Below, piece by piece: positions 1-9,964 of a stretch of DNA of 64,000 nucleotides (positions are counted from its first letter, which is position 1; every line of letters starts with the position of its first letter). The stretch is taken from assembly GCA_965248055.1 (NCBI GenBank), contig CBDFIJ010000004.1, positions 1,824,001-1,888,000 on the forward strand. The letters run 5' to 3'. A program made the position numbers and the translations under genes. This DNA is from Candidatus Multivoradales bacterium. GTDB lineage: Bacteria; Acidobacteriota; Thermoanaerobaculia; Multivoradales; JAHEKO01. The notes below the pieces were generated by a model. It had not been told where the DNA came from. It ran no database searches and saw nothing but the letters and a program-made list of their open reading frames with translations.

Positions 1-2
1 AG

Positions 3-1379
3 GCCAAGTTCGCGATCAAGCGTCTCGAAGAAGACGACACCGAAGAAAGCTCTGAGGAGAAAGACGGCGATCAGGAAAGTGAGGACGATCCGAGTGTCGA
101 ACCCGAGGAGTACCAGATCGCCCTCGAACTCCCCCGGGCCAAACCACGGGGTACTGTTGCCTTCACCGGAGCTCGCATCATTACCATGAACGGAGATCAG
201 GTGATTGAGAACGGTACGATCATGGTGCAAGATAATCGAATCGCTGCCCTCGGGCCGGCTGCTGAAGTGGACGTCCCGGCGGACGCTCGGACCTTCGATG
301 TCACTGGCAAGACCATTATTCCTGGACTGATCGACGTCCACGCCCATATGGGCTACGCAGTGCTCGACATCAATCCACAGAAAGACTGGCAGTACTTCGC
401 CAATCTCGCCTACGGAGTCACCACCACCCACGACCCTTCCGCCAGCACTCATACCGTCTTCAGTCAGGCAGAGATGATCGAGGCAGGGGTGATGGTGGGG
501 CCGCGGATCTTTTCTACTGGGTTCATTCTCTATGGAGCCAACCTCTACGACAGAGCCATCATCAACAGCTACGCCGATGCTTTGTCGCACATCCGCAGAC
601 TCAAACAACTGGGAGCCTTCAGCGTCAAGAGCTACGAGCAACCGCGTCGTGAGCAACGCCAGTGGTTGATTCGGGCGGCAGCGGAAGAAAACATGCTGGT
701 GATGCCCGAGGGTGGTGGCGATTTTCCCAAAAACATGGGGATGATCATCGACGGCCACAGCGGCATTGAACACGCGCTTTCAGTCGGCCAGATTTACGAT
801 GACGTGGTGCGCCTGTTCGCAGAGTCGCGCGCTGGCTACACCGCTACCTTGCTGGTGTCTTACGGTGGGCAAGAGGGAGAAAAGTGGTTCTACCAGCACA
901 ACGATGTTTGGAAGAACGAGAAACTGCAGTCCTTCTTTCCGCCCCGGACCATCGACGCTCGATCTCGTCGTCGTGAAATGTCGGCTGACGACGACTACAA
1001 CCATATGTTGGTTGCCGAAGGCGTGAAGCAAATATCCGAAGCTGGCGGTTTGATCACCTTGGGAGCTCATGGCCAGCTGCAAGGACTCGGGGTCCACTGG
1101 GAACTTCAGGCAATGACCCATGGTGGCATGGAGCCTCACGATGCATTGCGCGCCGCGACTCTCAACGGTGCGGAGTACTTGGGCATGAAACAACACCTCG
1201 GTTCTCTGGAACCCGGAAAGCTCGCCGACCTGATCGTGCTGGACGCCAATCCGCTCGAAAAGGTCGAGAACGCCGAAAACGTCAGCATGACCGTGATCAA
1301 TGGCGTGGTTTATGACGCCGACAGCATGGATCAGGTGTGGCCAGAGGTGAAGCCCCGAGGCAAGTTCTATTTTCAATAG
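3..1379 (+). CDS. Amidohydrolase family protein, 5'-partial
   Basis: Frame is open from position 3 (AKFAIKRLEE...GTVAFTGARIITMNG). Motifs PGLIDVHAH, GAHGQLQGLG and GSLEPGKLADLIVLD. Confidence 0.9.
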   Translation, partial: AKFAIKRLEEDDTEESSEEKDGDQESEDDPSVEPEEYQIALELPRAKPRGTVAFTGARIITMNGDQVIENGTIMVQDNRIAALGPAAEVDVPADARTFDVTGKTIIPGLIDVHAHMGYAVLDINPQKDWQYFANLAYGVTTTHDPSASTHTVFSQAEMIEAGVMVGPRIFSTGFILYGANLYDRAIINSYADALSHIRRLKQLGAFSVKSYEQPRREQRQWLIRAAAEENMLVMPEGGGDFPKNMGMIIDGHSGIEHALSVGQIYDDVVRLFAESRAGYTATLLVSYGGQEGEKWFYQHNDVWKNEKLQSFFPPRTIDARSRRREMSADDDYNHMLVAEGVKQISEAGGLITLGAHGQLQGLGVHWELQAMTHGGMEPHDALRAATLNGAEYLGMKQHLGSLEPGKLADLIVLDANPLEKVENAENVSMTVINGVVYDADSMDQVWPEVKPRGKFYFQ

Positions 1380-1484
1380 GGAAGGGGCTTGCCCCTCTGG
1401 CTATTCCTCCAACCCCGAACCTGCGGGGCGCCCCTACGCGAGAGAGGTCACCGTCGGCTCCACGGCACGACATAGAATCAGCCT

Positions 1485-2021
1485 ATGAAGCATCGATTTG
1501 TCGCTTTCCTGCGTGGCATGAACCTGGGCCGCCGGCGCATTCGCAACGACGAGCTTTGTCGGTTGTTCACCGATATCGGCTTTGACGGTCCGAGTGCCTT
1601 TCTCGCCAGCGGCAACGTCATATTCGACTCTCCGGGAGGTCCTCCCGATGCGACCGAGATTGCTGCCGAGTTGGAACGGCAACTCAATTATCCGGTCGAT
1701 ACCTTCATCCGCTCGGCTGCGGAAGTGCAGGAGATCGCTAAGTACCAGCCCTTTCCGCCACCACAGACGAAAGGATTTACCGGCAAGTGCCAGGTGGCGA
1801 TGCTGGTCGGAGCTCCGGCACCGGATGTCGCCAAGGCTGTCTTAGAGCTACAGACCAGTGACGACCTGTTGGCTGTGCATAACAAAGAGCTCTACTGGAT
1901 GCCACGCGGCGGCCTGCTCGAGTCGGTTATGGACATGAAGTCCATTGGACGACTCTTGGGAACCATGACCAACCGCACCCAGCGAACTTTGGAGCGCATC
2001 GCTGCGCGATTCTTAGTGTAG
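1485..2021 (+). CDS. DUF1697 domain protein
   Basis: N-terminal FVAFLRGMNLG and FLASGNVIF, C-terminal TNRT. Confidence 0.85.
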   Translation: MKHRFVAFLRGMNLGRRRIRNDELCRLFTDIGFDGPSAFLASGNVIFDSPGGPPDATEIAAELERQLNYPVDTFIRSAAEVQEIAKYQPFPPPQTKGFTGKCQVAMLVGAPAPDVAKAVLELQTSDDLLAVHNKELYWMPRGGLLESVMDMKSIGRLLGTMTNRTQRTLERIAARFLV

Positions 2022-2140
2022 AGCCCTGACGGCGAGGCTCCCCGACATCACCGCCAACCTAATCTGCAGGGGAGGAGTTTCTTTCTGTGTCACGCCGGTC
2101 GGAACGCGCCTGCGCTACAGCAGCTCAGCCCCATAGCCTG

Positions 2141-2998
2141 TCATTGCCGCGCGGCGACGAAATCGACACCGTTGCGGAAGATGGCAATGCCTTGCCCCTC
2201 GCCATAACCAATTTCCTTGGGGCGGTGCGACCACAGTGGGTGTTGAAACGCATACAGAAAGGCGTCGGGATGGGGCATGATGCCAAATAACCTTCCCGAC
2301 GGATCACACACTCCAGCGATACCGCCGGGTGACCCATTCGGGTTAGCCGGCCATTCTTCGGTGGGCTGGCCGCTAGGATCCACATAACGCGCGGCGACCT
2401 GCCCCGCAGCTTCAATCCTGTCCAGTAGCTCTGGACTCTCAAGCAAGAACTTGCCCTCACCATGTCGGCTGGGAAGCTCCATGCTGTCGAGTCCACGGGT
2501 CCAAACACACGGCGAGTTCTGGTTGATGCTCAGCCGCACCCAAGCGTTGCGGTAGCCCAGATGGTCGTTGGGAGCGAGTGTCGCTCGCGGGGTCCGGTAG
2601 TCGCCGTCTAGACCAGGGAGCATCCCCAGGCGGGTCATCATCTGGAAACCGTTGCAGATGCCGATCGCCAGCCCTCCTCCCTCGATCAACGCCACCAGGC
2701 GATCGTACATACGATGGCGAATGCGGTTGGCAAAGACAAAGCCCGCACCCAAGTGATCGCCAAAAGCGAAACCACCGGGAAAAGAGACAATGTGGAAATC
2801 CGAAAGATGACGTGAACCGTCTAGAAGATCCGTCAGGTGAACTCTCTCAACGCTGGCTCCGGCCATTCTGAACGCGTGCTCAGTCTCGACTTCGCAGTTG
2901 AGTCCAAACCCGGACAACACTACCACCTGGACCGCGGCACGACGCACTACCAGTGCCTCGTCCGGTAACGCCCTCAACGCAACCACTCCGTCAGACAT
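2141..2998 (-). CDS. purQ: FGAM synthase glutaminase subunit PurQ
   Basis: GLNCE, PGGFAFGD, GICNGFQ, HGEGKF, NPNGS and MPHP motifs; overlaps the purL stop. Confidence 0.95.
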   Translation of the reverse strand: MSDGVVALRALPDEALVVRRAAVQVVVLSGFGLNCEVETEHAFRMAGASVERVHLTDLLDGSRHLSDFHIVSFPGGFAFGDHLGAGFVFANRIRHRMYDRLVALIEGGGLAIGICNGFQMMTRLGMLPGLDGDYRTPRATLAPNDHLGYRNAWVRLSINQNSPCVWTRGLDSMELPSRHGEGKFLLESPELLDRIEAAGQVAARYVDPSGQPTEEWPANPNGSPGGIAGVCDPSGRLFGIMPHPDAFLYAFQHPLWSHRPKEIGYGEGQGIAIFRNGVDFVAARQ

Positions 2999-5900
2999 CG
3001 CTCCTCCTGGAGTGGAAGCTATGTCGCAGTTGATCGATGTCGAGGCCCACGTTCGCCCCTCTATCGCTTTGTATAGCCAGTGCCAGCTCTTCGGCTACCA
3101 CCCCGACTCGGGCACAAGGAAGATCTGCCAGCACCGCCTCAAATTCCTGTCGGTTTCGATCGGCAACCGTCACCACAAACCGACCGTTCGATTCTGAAAA
3201 CAAAGCCACGTCCGCATCCATCTTCGTGGCGCCTGGAAGCGCGCCGAGGTCTATCGAAACTCCCAGGCCTCCGGCCATCACGCACTTGGCGAGCGCCACG
3301 CCCAGTCCCCCCTTGGTGGGTGTCGCTGCGGAGCGGATCAAGCCTTGTTCCAACGCTCGGCTCAATGCCTGATACACCGGAAGGAATGCTGCGGTATCTA
3401 CCGTGGGCACCTTGGTGCCAACGTAAGCGGCAGGCACCGACAGGTTGTCGGTTTTCACCGCTTGATCCAGCACCCCTAAGTAACGAAAGTACTCACTACC
3501 GCCAGTGTGCTCCCCAGTCATCCCGAGCACATAGATCGCATCCCCAGCCTGTTTGAAATCCAAGGTGACAGCCATTTCCACGTCATCGATCTGGCCGATC
3601 GCCGACAGCAGCAAGGTCGGTGGCACCGAGATCTTGACCCCACCCATCACCGCGTCGTTCTTCATCGAATCCTTACCCGAGATCAGCGGTATGCCATAGG
3701 CAACGCAGGTGTCATAGAGGCCCCGGCAAGCGCGCACCAATTGTGCCAGTTTGTAATCACCGTCCGGGGCGCTGGCAGACAGCACCGGGTCTGGCCAGCA
3801 GAAATTATCCAGCGCGGCAATCCGATCCAAGCGCCCACCGGCGCATAACTGCTTGCGTAGCGCCTCATCCACCACCGTGGCGGCCATCTCCTGAGCGTCA
3901 AGATCGGAGAGATAAGGATTGACCCCCTCGGAGAGTACAAACCCACGTTTCGATTCGCCGCCGTCCAACTCGTGCCGCGCCAGGAACACGGTTGCCTCAG
4001 CCGGAATATCCTGCTCCACCCCGACCCACGGCTTGACCACCGACAGTGCCTTGACCTCGTGGTCGTAGTGGCGGGCGAAGTCTTCGTTGGAAGCGAGGTT
4101 CAAACCGGAAAGAAGTCCGAGCAAACTGGTTGCTAAGTCGGCGGGTCGGTTAGCAGGCTCATCGAAAACAGGGGGTTGCCAACGCGCAGGCAACACCATC
4201 TCCGGATCGCCCTCATGCAGGAAGTGCATATCCAGCAGGGCCACCGTTTGTTCGCCGTAAAACACGCGCAAGGTCGGATCAGCCGTGAACTCACCCAGGT
4301 CTGTAGCCTCCACCTCACGCCGCGCCGCCAGCGCCAGCAGCGTCTCTAGCTTCTCCGGAGGTACCGCCAGGGTCATCCGCTCCTGGGCTTCCGAGAGAAA
4401 AATCTCCCAGGGAGCCAACCCAGCGTACTTGAGCGGTGCCTTAGCCAAGTCCAAGATCGCTCCACCCGGGGTCTCTGCCATCTCGCCCACCGACGATGAC
4501 AAACCCCCGGCTCCGTTATCGGTGATCGCCGAGTAGAGCCCCAGGTCCCGGGCTTCGAGCAAGAAATCAAACATCATGCGCTGGGTGATCGGATCACCGA
4601 TTTGCACCGCTTGATTGGGCGATTCTTCATCCAGAGCGGCGGAAGAAAAAGTTGCACCATGAACCCCATCGGCGCCGATGCGACCACCAACCATGACGAT
4701 CCGGTCACCTGGGTTGGCCGCTTTCTCCTCGCCTGGCGTGCCGTCAATGGTCACCGGGAGTGAGCCCACGGTGCCGCAGAACACCAACGGCTTGCCCAAG
4801 TAACGGTGATCGAACACCTCCCAGCCGCGGCCATAGGGGACGCCGCTTTGGTTACCGCCGTCGATCACCCCGTGGTGTACCCCCTCGCGGATCCGTCGTG
4901 GGTGCAGCAATCCGGGAGGTAGCTCCTGATCCCATTCGGGAGGACCAAAACAATAACCCCAGACGTTGACCAGCAAGTCCGCTCCTCGGCCAGTGCCAAA
5001 AGGATCACGATTGACGCCGACAATGCCGGTGATCGCCCCACCGTAAGGATCCAGCGCAGACGGAGAGTTGTGTGTCTCGACCTTGTAGACCAGATGGACC
5101 TGATCGTCGAAGGTCACCACCCCAGCGTTGTCGTGAAACACCGACACCAACCAAGATTCCCCATCCCGGTCGATCTGCTGCTGGCGTACCGCGTCGGTGG
5201 TGCCTCGGATGTAGGTGCCAAACAGAGAATCAACCGTCTCGCTCGCTCCGTGCTCATCCTGATACTCAATCGTGGCGTTGAAGATCTTGTGCTTACAGTG
5301 CTCGCTCCAAGTCTGAGCCAAGCACTCCAGCTCGACATCCGTCGGTGACCCTTCAAGCCCCGCGGCTCGGCGATCAGAGTCGTCATCTAGACTGCGGAAG
5401 TGATCGCGGATGGTCTCCATTTCCACCAAGGACAGGGCCAAGAGCCCTTTGCGACTGATCTGCTCCAACTCTCGATCACTACCGGAAAGGTCGATGGCCT
5501 TGACCGCTGGCGGAGGTCCACCCGCCACCTTGGGGACCGTCAAGTCGGGGTCGGAGTTAATCCACTGGTTCCAGCTCGCAACCGTGATGGTTTGAATCAC
5601 CGGATTGGCCAGCAGCTCCACCGCCACCCGTTCGGCTTGCTCGGCGTCGAAGTCGCGAAACAGAACCAACGTCGAGGTGTAGACCGCAGCGCCCTCGCCC
5701 AGTTTCCGGCCAACAATGTCCTCGACCGCCACCAACGCACTCTTGCCCACCGGATCGGCAACTCCCGGCTTAAACGCCACTCGCACCGCGACATCAAACG
5801 GTTCCAAATCCACTCGGCCCAAAGCCGCTACCTGGCGCACCGGGTCGGCGAACTCTTTAGCTACTTGAGCCGCTTCAGACGCCGAAACCGCACCCTCCAG

Positions 5901-6044
5901 GTGAACCACATCCACCGTCTCCACCTGACCCACATCTAAGTGCAAAAACTCTAGTACTTGCCTAGCGACATGCTCCCCCCGCGGGTCGCGATGACCTGGT
6001 TTGAGAGCGATTTCGATGCGGTGGATGGGAGTAGCTCGGGGCAT
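2991..6044 (-). CDS. purL: FGAM synthase synthetase subunit PurL (long form with PurS-like N-terminus)
   Basis: QTWSEHCKHKIF, KVETHNSPS, DNGAGGL, SEAQERM, ISGKDSM and LFSES motifs. Confidence 0.97.
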   Translation of the reverse strand: MPRATPIHRIEIALKPGHRDPRGEHVARQVLEFLHLDVGQVETVDVVHLEGAVSASEAAQVAKEFADPVRQVAALGRVDLEPFDVAVRVAFKPGVADPVGKSALVAVEDIVGRKLGEGAAVYTSTLVLFRDFDAEQAERVAVELLANPVIQTITVASWNQWINSDPDLTVPKVAGGPPPAVKAIDLSGSDRELEQISRKGLLALSLVEMETIRDHFRSLDDDSDRRAAGLEGSPTDVELECLAQTWSEHCKHKIFNATIEYQDEHGASETVDSLFGTYIRGTTDAVRQQQIDRDGESWLVSVFHDNAGVVTFDDQVHLVYKVETHNSPSALDPYGGAITGIVGVNRDPFGTGRGADLLVNVWGYCFGPPEWDQELPPGLLHPRRIREGVHHGVIDGGNQSGVPYGRGWEVFDHRYLGKPLVFCGTVGSLPVTIDGTPGEEKAANPGDRIVMVGGRIGADGVHGATFSSAALDEESPNQAVQIGDPITQRMMFDFLLEARDLGLYSAITDNGAGGLSSSVGEMAETPGGAILDLAKAPLKYAGLAPWEIFLSEAQERMTLAVPPEKLETLLALAARREVEATDLGEFTADPTLRVFYGEQTVALLDMHFLHEGDPEMVLPARWQPPVFDEPANRPADLATSLLGLLSGLNLASNEDFARHYDHEVKALSVVKPWVGVEQDIPAEATVFLARHELDGGESKRGFVLSEGVNPYLSDLDAQEMAATVVDEALRKQLCAGGRLDRIAALDNFCWPDPVLSASAPDGDYKLAQLVRACRGLYDTCVAYGIPLISGKDSMKNDAVMGGVKISVPPTLLLSAIGQIDDVEMAVTLDFKQAGDAIYVLGMTGEHTGGSEYFRYLGVLDQAVKTDNLSVPAAYVGTKVPTVDTAAFLPVYQALSRALEQGLIRSAATPTKGGLGVALAKCVMAGGLGVSIDLGALPGATKMDADVALFSESNGRFVVTVADRNRQEFEAVLADLPCARVGVVAEELALAIQSDRGANVGLDIDQLRHSFHSRRSDV

Positions 6045-6252
6045 GATGAAGTACCGGTACGATTGTATCCGCGGTGGCGATTGGTTTTAACCACCCTCTC
6101 TGAGCCTTTTTCTCCTCCCTGGGCTTCGCTTGGGGTTCTGGCCGCTCGTCCAACGGCGGCGTGGTGCAACTTTTGCAGCCGAATTGGTTGCGAGCTACAA
6201 GATAGCCAACCACGTGCCGGATTGGCGCTTGTTATTGTTGGGCTTCCTGACG

Positions 6253-7437
6253 ATGAACGTGACACAACACCTTCGTGTATTGGCTTTGTCTGCTATTGGG
6301 CTGTGCAACTCGCTCTTTGCGCAACAGCTGACGGTGACGCATGGCAACTTCTCCACCACCTTCTTGATGACCGGCGAGCTGGTGGCCGAAGAGGCGGTTC
6401 GACTGACCATTCCCTTCGCCAACATCTGGCCAGTTACCATTCGCTGGATTGCAGAAGACGGCGTCAAAGTTGACCCAGGAGAGGTCGTTGCCGAGTTCGA
6501 CAACTCAAGTCTCACAAGTGAGTTAATTGAAAAAGAACGTACCGTAGAACAACAAGAGCTTGAGCTTCAAGCGCTCAAGGCTCGTACCCGAAGCGAGGAA
6601 CTCCGCGCATCTCTTGACCTTGAGAGAAAACAGTCGGCATGGGAGAAGGCCAAACTTGATGCGACCGTTCCAGCCAGTCTTTTGGCCTCCCAGGACTATG
6701 AGCGACGACAACTCGATATGCGACGCGCACAGCTGGCCTTCAACCAGGCCCAACAGACCCTGGGTCAACAACAGAAAAAGACGCTAGCTGAGATCCAAAA
6801 ACAATCAATCACCTTGGAGAAAGCCCGGCGCAGTGTTGCTCAAGCAAAAAATGGAATCGACCGGCTGGCACTAACGGCTCCCAAATCAGGAGTCCTGCTG
6901 ATTCATGAACATCCGCAAGAGGGAAGGACGTTTCAAGCGGGTGACTCTTCTTGGCCTGGTGTTTTGGTTGCCAGTTTGCCTGACCTTTCGACGTTGATGG
7001 TCAACGCATGGCTCTTCGACGTTGATGCCGGAAGAGTCGAAAGCGGCATGAGGGTAACCGCATCCATCGACGCTTTCCCTGAGCTTGAACTTGAAGGAGA
7101 AATCGTAGAGGTTCAGAGTTTTGCCGAGGCGCCCAAGCCTGGATCGAGCCAACGTCGGTTTCAAGTGCGCGCTCGGCTAAAGGATCTCGATCCTAGCCGT
7201 ATGCGCCCTGGGATGTCGGTCAAACTCATGGTGCATACGCTACAAGAAAAAGTCTTAGTGATTCCTAGGTCGACCCTCTTCTTTGATGCTTCTCAGCCCG
7301 GAAAGGTGGTTATGGCACACCTCGTCAACGGAAAGGACACTCCAGTAGAGCTTGGCTCTTGCAATCGAAGTCATTGCGTCCTCCTTGCGGGGCTGGATAT
7401 CGGCGCGAAGCTGATGAACACAGACCTAGGCCAGTGA
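6253..7437 (+). CDS. HlyD/MacA-family periplasmic adaptor 1
   Basis: Signal peptide from ATG 6253, lipoyl-like halves (EDGVKVDPGEVVAEFD, LTAPKSG), coiled coil, MRPGMS. Confidence 0.85.
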   Translation: MNVTQHLRVLALSAIGLCNSLFAQQLTVTHGNFSTTFLMTGELVAEEAVRLTIPFANIWPVTIRWIAEDGVKVDPGEVVAEFDNSSLTSELIEKERTVEQQELELQALKARTRSEELRASLDLERKQSAWEKAKLDATVPASLLASQDYERRQLDMRRAQLAFNQAQQTLGQQQKKTLAEIQKQSITLEKARRSVAQAKNGIDRLALTAPKSGVLLIHEHPQEGRTFQAGDSSWPGVLVASLPDLSTLMVNAWLFDVDAGRVESGMRVTASIDAFPELELEGEIVEVQSFAEAPKPGSSQRRFQVRARLKDLDPSRMRPGMSVKLMVHTLQEKVLVIPRSTLFFDASQPGKVVMAHLVNGKDTPVELGSCNRSHCVLLAGLDIGAKLMNTDLGQ

Positions 7438-8675
7438 AGACGCACCAAGTGGGATCCGAACCGTTGCTTAAACGCACTATTCTGGTCACTTTGGCAGTAG
7501 CAATAGCTGCGCTGGTGGCTCTTGCTCTTTCGACCGCAAGCGGCCCTGGAAGTGGTTCGTCTCTGAAAGTCGAGAGGCGTGACCTAACGTTTGGTGTTGA
7601 GACCGAAGGTGAACTGCGCGCCACCAAAACCGTCTTGCTCGGGCCACCTCAAATCCAAAGCACGTGGAACTTCAAGATTTCGATGCTGGCAACCGATGGT
7701 CAGTCGGTTGAAGAAGGAACTCCGGTCCTTGCGTTCGACGCAACTGAGCTAGAGAGGAAGCTTCAAGAACGGCAGGCACGTGCTGAATCCACCCAGAAAG
7801 AACTGAGCAAAGTAACTACCGACCTAGAAATCGCCGGTCACACTCTGGAGCTAGAGCTGGCAGAGGCTGAAGGTCGGCTACGGCAGGCCCAGCTCAGAGC
7901 CGGAGTCACCGCTGAAACGACCGCTTCGCGTGAACTCGAGAAAGCACGCATCGACCTCCAATTGGCCGGTAAGGAGATTGAGGCGATCAACGCCCTTCTT
8001 GTCGAGCACAAAGAGAGAGAGCGGTCAGAAACCGCTGCGTTCCGTAAAAAGGTCGCGACTGCCCGGCAAACCGTTGAGCAGTTGCGCCAGGATGTCGCCG
8101 CCATGACTATTGTCGCCCCTAGATCAGGAACGGTCGTCCTCAGAGAGGACTGGCGCGGCAACAAGATGGACGTAGGCGACGATGTTTGGCGGGCTCAAAA
8201 GATCCTTGAGATTCCGGACCTCACCAAGATGGAAGGCGCAGCGCTGGTCAACGAGCAGGCAGCTGGACTTCTGCGAGAAGACCTCGTCGCGACCCTAGCC
8301 TTGGAATCTCAACCTGACCACGAGTACCAAGCCAGGATCTTGTCAATTCGCCGCTCGATTGGCCGCAAATCGCCGCAAAGCCCCGAAAAAGTCGTCCGGG
8401 TGGTCCTGGCGTTGGACGAAACCGATACCGAGAGAATGCGCCCCGGCATGCGTTTTCGAGGCACCATTGTCACCGATACTGCGGTCAATGTCCTCGCGCT
8501 TCCCCTGAACGCAATCAACTCCAATCCCGATGGGCGTCCCTATGTCGACACAATAGGTACTTTCGGCAAACGAAAAGTGTTTCCAGTGTTGGGGCGCAGA
8601 AATACAGACTATGTTGAGGTTCTTTCCGGGATAAGCGAGGGTACGCGAGTTGTTTCATCGGGGGCCGACAAGTGA
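7434..8675 (+). CDS. HlyD/MacA-family periplasmic adaptor 2
   Basis: GTGA coupling to the upstream gene, N-terminal TM, DGQSVEEG, IVAPRSG, MRPGMR. Confidence 0.85.
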   Translation: MKTHQVGSEPLLKRTILVTLAVAIAALVALALSTASGPGSGSSLKVERRDLTFGVETEGELRATKTVLLGPPQIQSTWNFKISMLATDGQSVEEGTPVLAFDATELERKLQERQARAESTQKELSKVTTDLEIAGHTLELELAEAEGRLRQAQLRAGVTAETTASRELEKARIDLQLAGKEIEAINALLVEHKERERSETAAFRKKVATARQTVEQLRQDVAAMTIVAPRSGTVVLREDWRGNKMDVGDDVWRAQKILEIPDLTKMEGAALVNEQAAGLLREDLVATLALESQPDHEYQARILSIRRSIGRKSPQSPEKVVRVVLALDETDTERMRPGMRFRGTIVTDTAVNVLALPLNAINSNPDGRPYVDTIGTFGKRKVFPVLGRRNTDYVEVLSGISEGTRVVSSGADK

Positions 8676-9964
8676 AGACACTCCGAACCTGCCAGATCGG
8701 TTTGCTGGCCGTAGCTTTGGTCGCGTTTCTAGCGTGCGAGTCGCGGTTGCAAATTCCGGTAATGGAAGTGCGTAGCGCGTCTTTTCAGCTCAGCGTCGAT
8801 GCCGAAGGCATATTGGAAGCCAAAGAGGTCACCAAGATCTCCGTTCCTCTTTCCCTTCGGCGACCGGTACGTGTGGCGTGGCTGGCACCCGATGGAGCCC
8901 TTCTCGGTGAAGGCGACCTGATCGCTCAGCTCGATGGTAGCGATCTGGGGCTCGATCTCGCCAATGCTCTTGCTGAGCTACATTCCTCCAATCAAGATGC
9001 CGACGGGAAACAAGCCGAGAGCGACATCCAGATCAGTGAGCAAGAACGTGTCTACAGAACAGCCGAGCTTGAGCTCGATTTCGCACAACGTTTCCGGATT
9101 ACCGATGGGTTTGTCTTCTCGCGCCACGAAATCTTGGAAGACCTAATCGATGAAGAGCTCGCCATCGTTAGACGAGATAACGCCGAGACGATGACCGAGA
9201 TCTATCAAGGGCTGAGCAAGACCGAGATGGAGATCATCGCGCTCAACCAGGGCATCTGGACAACACGCGCCGAGGAGGCGCAAACCGGACTCGAAAGCCT
9301 TGAAGTTAAGTCGCCCGGAACTGGGGTTCTAAGAATCGCAAAAAACTGGCGCGGTGAACTTGTCTCGGTTGGAGATCAATTGTGGGCGGGGCGACCGATC
9401 GCAGAGCTTCCGAACCTTGATTCATTGCAAGCTGAGGTCTTCGTACTGGAGTCGGATGCTGGGAGCATTAAGGAGGGGCAATTGGCGACTGTCTCCGTCG
9501 ACTCTGCTCCAGGCACCGTCTACACAGCTCAAGTGATTCGCCTCGACGCAGCTGCAAAGCCACGCATCCCAGGCTCTCCAGTCCAGTACTTTGGTGTAAC
9601 CCTGGAGTTCGATGGGGCAGTGGAAGGAAACTTGAAACCGGGACAGCGGGTCGCTTCTACGATCATCATCGAACAGTTTGACAAAACTATCGTTATTCCT
9701 CGCCAAGCTGTGTTTCGCAAGGGTCAATACTCGTGGGTTTACCGAAAGAGCGGAAACACATTTGAAGCCTTACCGGTTTCACTCGGACTGGGTTCGGCAG
9801 CCTTGTCGACTATTCAGTCCGGCCTCGAAGACGGCGACATAATCGCCTTGAGGGAACCACCTGGCATGCCGGTGCTAGAGGATCTACCCAGTACTGAGCA
9901 GCACAAACCCGAGGCGGCGAAGGACAGCCCCGAGCAGGACTCCGAACAAACTCCCAGTCAATGA
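8672..9964 (+). CDS. HlyD/MacA-family periplasmic adaptor 3 (possible lipoprotein)
   Basis: FLAC lipobox-like motif, PDGALLGEGD, VKSPGTG, LKPGQ. Confidence 0.85.
   Translation: MKTLRTCQIGLLAVALVAFLACESRLQIPVMEVRSASFQLSVDAEGILEAKEVTKISVPLSLRRPVRVAWLAPDGALLGEGDLIAQLDGSDLGLDLANALAELHSSNQDADGKQAESDIQISEQERVYRTAELELDFAQRFRITDGFVFSRHEILEDLIDEELAIVRRDNAETMTEIYQGLSKTEMEIIALNQGIWTTRAEEAQTGLESLEVKSPGTGVLRIAKNWRGELVSVGDQLWAGRPIAELPNLDSLQAEVFVLESDAGSIKEGQLATVSVDSAPGTVYTAQVIRLDAAAKPRIPGSPVQYFGVTLEFDGAVEGNLKPGQRVASTIIIEQFDKTIVIPRQAVFRKGQYSWVYRKSGNTFEALPVSLGLGSAALSTIQSGLEDGDIIALREPPGMPVLEDLPSTEQHKPEAAKDSPEQDSEQTPSQ

Noticed and set aside
2141-6044. Missing purS beside purL/purQ
   Set aside because: The long PurL N-terminus looks PurS-like, a known architecture.
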